Notes under the pieces: generated by a model | The model's input: the letters and a program-made list of their open reading frames with translations, nothing else | Told to the model about the DNA's origin: nothing | Database searches by the model: none | Part shown: piece by piece, positions 26,652 to 29,526 of the stretch | Layout of the letters: every line of letters starts with the position of its first letter | How positions within the stretch are numbered: position 1 is the first letter of the stretch | Made by a program: the position numbers and the translations under genes | Source: Verrucomicrobiota bacterium | Lineage (GTDB): Bacteria; Verrucomicrobiota; Lentisphaeria; Lentisphaerales; Lentisphaeraceae | Reading direction: 5' to 3' | NCBI GenBank assembly: GCA_039798785.1 | Contig: JBDKFG010000064.1 | Coordinates: 1-29,526 of the forward strand | Length of the DNA stretch: 29,526 nucleotides

Positions 26652-27458
26652 ATGAACAGCCCCTGCCCCAGCTTCGAAGAGATCTCCGCCGCGATCGACG
26701 GCGAAGCCGATCTGAGCCAACACTTCCAGCAATGCGAGATCTGCCGCGAGCTCGCCGCCGATCTCCGACGCGCCGAAGCTCCCCTGCGCCGCGCCGGCGC
26801 CGCCCTGCCCCCTCCCCCCGCGGTCGAAGAAGCCATCCGCCGCGCCTGCGCCCGCCAAGCTGAACAAGGCCGCCGCCAACGCCGCGTCATCCCCTTCATC
26901 CTCAGCTCGGCCCTCAAGGTCGCCGCCGTCCTCGGCGTCGCCGGTCTCGTCCACTTCCTGGTCAAGGAACAGCAAGCCGGCGAAAAGGAAATCCGCCACG
27001 ACATCGCCAAACAGGGCAAGCCCGAAGTCGCTCCCTCACCGGTTGCGCCGCCCAAGGTCGATCCGGTCCTCAACCGCATGGACAGCCAGAACATCGCCGT
27101 CGACGCCAGCAAGGTCCGCCTCGCCGCAGTCGAAGCCGCCAAGGTCAGCAGTCCTGGCGCCCTCGCCGTCCCCGACCAGGTCGAGCATGTCTGGATCAGC
27201 AGCCACCCTGCTGATGCGATGGAAACCTTCCGCAGCCACCTCCCCGCCAAGGTCGAATTCACCAGCCTGGCTGCGGAAGACGCCCTGGTCGCCGAGGGGC
27301 GCCTCAGCGACGCCGAGCTGGTCGCCCTGGTCGACAAGCTCGCCACAGACAGCTCCCTGCAGCTACTCTCACCAGGCCTGCCCCAGCCCGGCACCGCCAC
27401 CCGCCTCAAACTCAGCGGCAAGCCTATCCTTTACCGGATCAAGATCGCACAGCGCTGA
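26652..27458 (+). CDS. Putative anti-sigma factor (zf-HC2/ZAS motif plus TM helix)
   Basis: CPSFEEISAAIDGE...HFQQCEIC (HxxxCxxC), TM segment LKVAAVLGVAGLVHFLV, extracytoplasmic C-terminus. AGGA RBS before ATG 26652. Confidence 0.75.
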   Translation: MNSPCPSFEEISAAIDGEADLSQHFQQCEICRELAADLRRAEAPLRRAGAALPPPPAVEEAIRRACARQAEQGRRQRRVIPFILSSALKVAAVLGVAGLVHFLVKEQQAGEKEIRHDIAKQGKPEVAPSPVAPPKVDPVLNRMDSQNIAVDASKVRLAAVEAAKVSSPGALAVPDQVEHVWISSHPADAMETFRSHLPAKVEFTSLAAEDALVAEGRLSDAELVALVDKLATDSSLQLLSPGLPQPGTATRLKLSGKPILYRIKIAQR

Positions 27459-27476
27459 ATCCCGGGCATCAAAGTC

Positions 27477-27504
27477 AAGGCCTGCCGTCCCCCGGCAGGC
27501 CTTT
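27477..27504 (+). terminator. Intrinsic terminator
   Basis: AAGGCCTGCCG-tccc-CGGCAGGCCTT followed by TT. Confidence 0.7.
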
Positions 27505-27540
27505 TCCATAGCGAGATTAAATTTAACGCTCCGAACAATC

Positions 27541-28104
27541 TTAGCCGCCCTTTTTCGCGGTCACCTCGAAGGGCACGCCCTCAAAAGGCAAGCCGGCAAT
27601 ATCGACGCTGAGGATCTGCCCCTTGAGGCTGGCCAGCCCTTTCAAGACCGGTGAGTTCAACGCGAAGACAGATGTGTCGCCAAGCTTCTCTCCAGACAAC
27701 TCGGAGACCTGACCGGCCAGCACCAGTTCGCCGGAAGCGGTCTTGATCTTGATCTCAGTCTGCTTCAGCCGCTGCGGCTTGTCGGCGCAACCAGTCAGCA
27801 CATACGCGGTCAAGCTGCCAGCGGCGGCATCAAGGACAAGCTCGATCTGAGCCACCTCCTCGCCGAGCTCGACCAGGACGCCGCCGCGTTGCGGCTTGTG
27901 GTCGTGCGCCGCCTTGACCTTGGCGGCGGCGGCACAGCCCGGACAGGGCTTGCCGTCAGCATGATGGTGAGCGCCGTGATCGTGCCCCTGTTGGGAATGA
28001 TCGTGGGAATGCGCCGCCTCGACCGGCTGGGCCGGGATCTCCTTCTGCTCGCCGCAGGCAGCGAGAAAGGCAGAGGTGGCAAGGGCAATAAGGAAGCGAT
28101 TCAT
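27541..28104 (-). CDS. His-rich putative lipoprotein, possibly metal-binding
   Basis: MNRFLIALATSAFLAAC lipobox; HSHDHSQQGHDHGAHHH; CPGC; HDHKPQRGGVLVELG. Start trimmed to ATG 28104. Confidence 0.75.
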   Translation of the reverse strand: MNRFLIALATSAFLAACGEQKEIPAQPVEAAHSHDHSQQGHDHGAHHHADGKPCPGCAAAAKVKAAHDHKPQRGGVLVELGEEVAQIELVLDAAAGSLTAYVLTGCADKPQRLKQTEIKIKTASGELVLAGQVSELSGEKLGDTSVFALNSPVLKGLASLKGQILSVDIAGLPFEGVPFEVTAKKGG

Positions 28105-28120
28105 CTTCGGTCTCCGTCGC

Positions 28121-28357
28121 TCAGGGTTTGAACTCGCGCCACTCGGCCTTGCCGTCGGCGCCTTTGGCAAGAATTTCGATGCGCTGCTCGACTTCGCCAA
28201 GGCGCCGGCTGCAGGTCTCGGCGAGGCGGCGGCCTTCCTCATAGGCGGCAATTGCCTGCTCCAGCGGCAGATCCCCCCGCTCAAGACGGGCGACGATGGC
28301 CTCGAGACAGCTCAGGCTCTCCTCGAAACTCGGTGCGGCAGCGGCTTCCTGGCTCAT
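28121..28357 (-). CDS. xseB: Exodeoxyribonuclease VII small subunit
   Basis: SFEESLSCLEAIVARLERGDLPLEQAIAAYEEGRRLAETCSRRLGEVEQRIEIL. ATG 28357 with GGAG RBS. Confidence 0.92.
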   Translation of the reverse strand: MSQEAAAAPSFEESLSCLEAIVARLERGDLPLEQAIAAYEEGRRLAETCSRRLGEVEQRIEILAKGADGKAEWREFKP

Positions 28358-28455
28358 CGAATACTCCGGTTGAATGCTGAACTCTAGCGCCATGCCGAGA
28401 AGATGCGAGATCGCTCTCCCCCATGTCTCGGAGGGATCGACCGCAGAATCCGGGC

Positions 28456-28483
28456 TTGACACGAGGCCGCGGAGCAGCATCCT
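28456..28483 (+). promoter_or_regulatory. Possible sigma70 promoter
   Basis: TTGACA-N16-CATCCT upstream of the RBS AGGAG. Confidence 0.3.
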
Positions 28484-28511
28484 GAAGGGATCCCAACCCC
28501 AGGAGCCTGCA

Positions 28512-29189
28512 ATGAAGAAGATCCTCGCCGCTGCCCTCGCCTTAGGGCTCAGCTCCTGCCTCGCCCCCCCGGATAGGCTGGCCCTCTTCAACGGCAAAGA
28601 CCTCAGCGGCTGGAAGTCCGACGTGCCGGCCAAAGACAAGAACCCCGGAATCCGCGACTCCTTCTTCGTCCGCGACGGGAGACTCGTCTCCCTAGGCAGC
28701 CCGGCCGGACATCTGATCACCGAAGCCAGCTTCGCCAACTACCGCCTCGAAGTGCAGTACCGCTTCGCCGGAAACCCGGGCAACTGCGGCGTCCTGGTCC
28801 ACGCCTCGAAGACGCGCGCCCTCTACGGCATGTTCCCCCAGTCGATCGAATGCCAGCTGCGCCATGAGATGGCGGGCGACTTCTGGTGCATCGAGGAAAA
28901 CATCGAAGTTCCCGACATGGAGCGACGCCGCCCCCGCGGCAAAAACCAGAAATTCGGCGGCGGCCCCACTGACGCCCGCCACATCGTCAATCTCACTGAC
29001 GGCGCGGAAAAGCCGGTGGGGGAGTGGAATACCATGCTGATCGAATGCGAGGATGACATCATCAGGGTCTGGGTCAACGGCACCCTGGTCAACGAAGGTT
29101 CGAAATGCACCGCCCGCCAAGGCAAAATCGCCTTGCAAGCCGAAGGCGCCGAGGTGGAGTTCCGGAAGGTCGAAGTGACGCCGCTGTAA
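28512..29189 (+). CDS. DUF1080 (3-keto-disaccharide hydrolase-like) lipoprotein
   Basis: LGLSSC lipobox; LFNGKDLSGW, GNCGVLVH, SIECQL, EKPVGEWNTMLI and GKIALQAEGAEVEFRKV. Confidence 0.9.
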   Translation: MKKILAAALALGLSSCLAPPDRLALFNGKDLSGWKSDVPAKDKNPGIRDSFFVRDGRLVSLGSPAGHLITEASFANYRLEVQYRFAGNPGNCGVLVHASKTRALYGMFPQSIECQLRHEMAGDFWCIEENIEVPDMERRRPRGKNQKFGGGPTDARHIVNLTDGAEKPVGEWNTMLIECEDDIIRVWVNGTLVNEGSKCTARQGKIALQAEGAEVEFRKVEVTPL

Positions 29190-29212
29190 GAGCGGCTCAA
29201 GAAGACATTTCT

Positions 29213-29288
29213 ACCACGAAATACACAAAATACACGAAAGAGCAGCAAGCAGCAGTTTTAACCACGGAAGGCACGGAGAGCACGGAAA
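29213..29288 (+). repeat. Two triplets of 9-bp-period repeats
   Basis: ACCACGAAATACACAAAATACACGAAA (29213-29239) and ACCACGGAAGGCACGGAGAGCACGGAAA (29261-29288). Confidence 0.75.
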
Positions 29289-29526
29289 CGGATCTACACT
29301 CAGACCTTATTATCCGTCTCCTTAAGAGCCTCAGTTTTCAACCAGGCCTCATCCAATAAATCTGGACAGGCATCCTTCATGTTATTAACCTCGATTCCGA
29401 AGTTGAAGCTGTGAGTCAGCCTTTAGTCTGAACTTCCCCCGCCGTTTTTAAGTCTCCACGTTCTCCTGTAGTTATTTACAGAAAAATCATGAGCTCAGCG
29501 TCTGGGAACAGGCGGGGGTGATGCCG

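Noticed and set aside
29213..29288. Possible CRISPR array
   Set aside because: The units are 9-bp tandem repeats without unique spacers, and no cas genes are present.

Overview
High-GC bacterial chromosomal window. Gene style (short omega subunit, Bacteroidetes/Chlamydia-type topoisomerase IV subunit A, DMG-type Ser/Thr kinase, DUF1080 and FG-GAP proteins) suggests the PVC superphylum; this is inference. About 24 CDS: lipoate-ligase-family protein, Hsp70-family protein, AstA, FG-GAP protein, OppD/OppF-type ATPases, RpoZ, RNase D, ecotin, SCP2-type thiolase, GNAT, DUF2071, HIT, acyl-CoA thioesterase, DUF1963, ParC-like subunit, Ser/Thr kinase, zf-HC2 anti-sigma-like protein, His-rich lipoprotein, XseB, DUF1080 and several hypotheticals. 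No rRNA, tRNA or CRISPR array was seen. The strongest non-obvious signal is a ~1.1 kb single-gene (DUF1963) islet bounded by a 47-bp direct repeat of the parC 3' end. The two copies differ only at two synonymous positions, so both encode the C-terminal QPTLF, a beta-clamp-motif-like tail. Other signals: unannotated ISAzo13-like and Rpn-like C-terminal remnants after oppF, an inverted-repeat element near the window start with a second partial copy after rnd, and 9-bp-period repeats near the window end. All family calls come from motif recognition by eye, not database searches.
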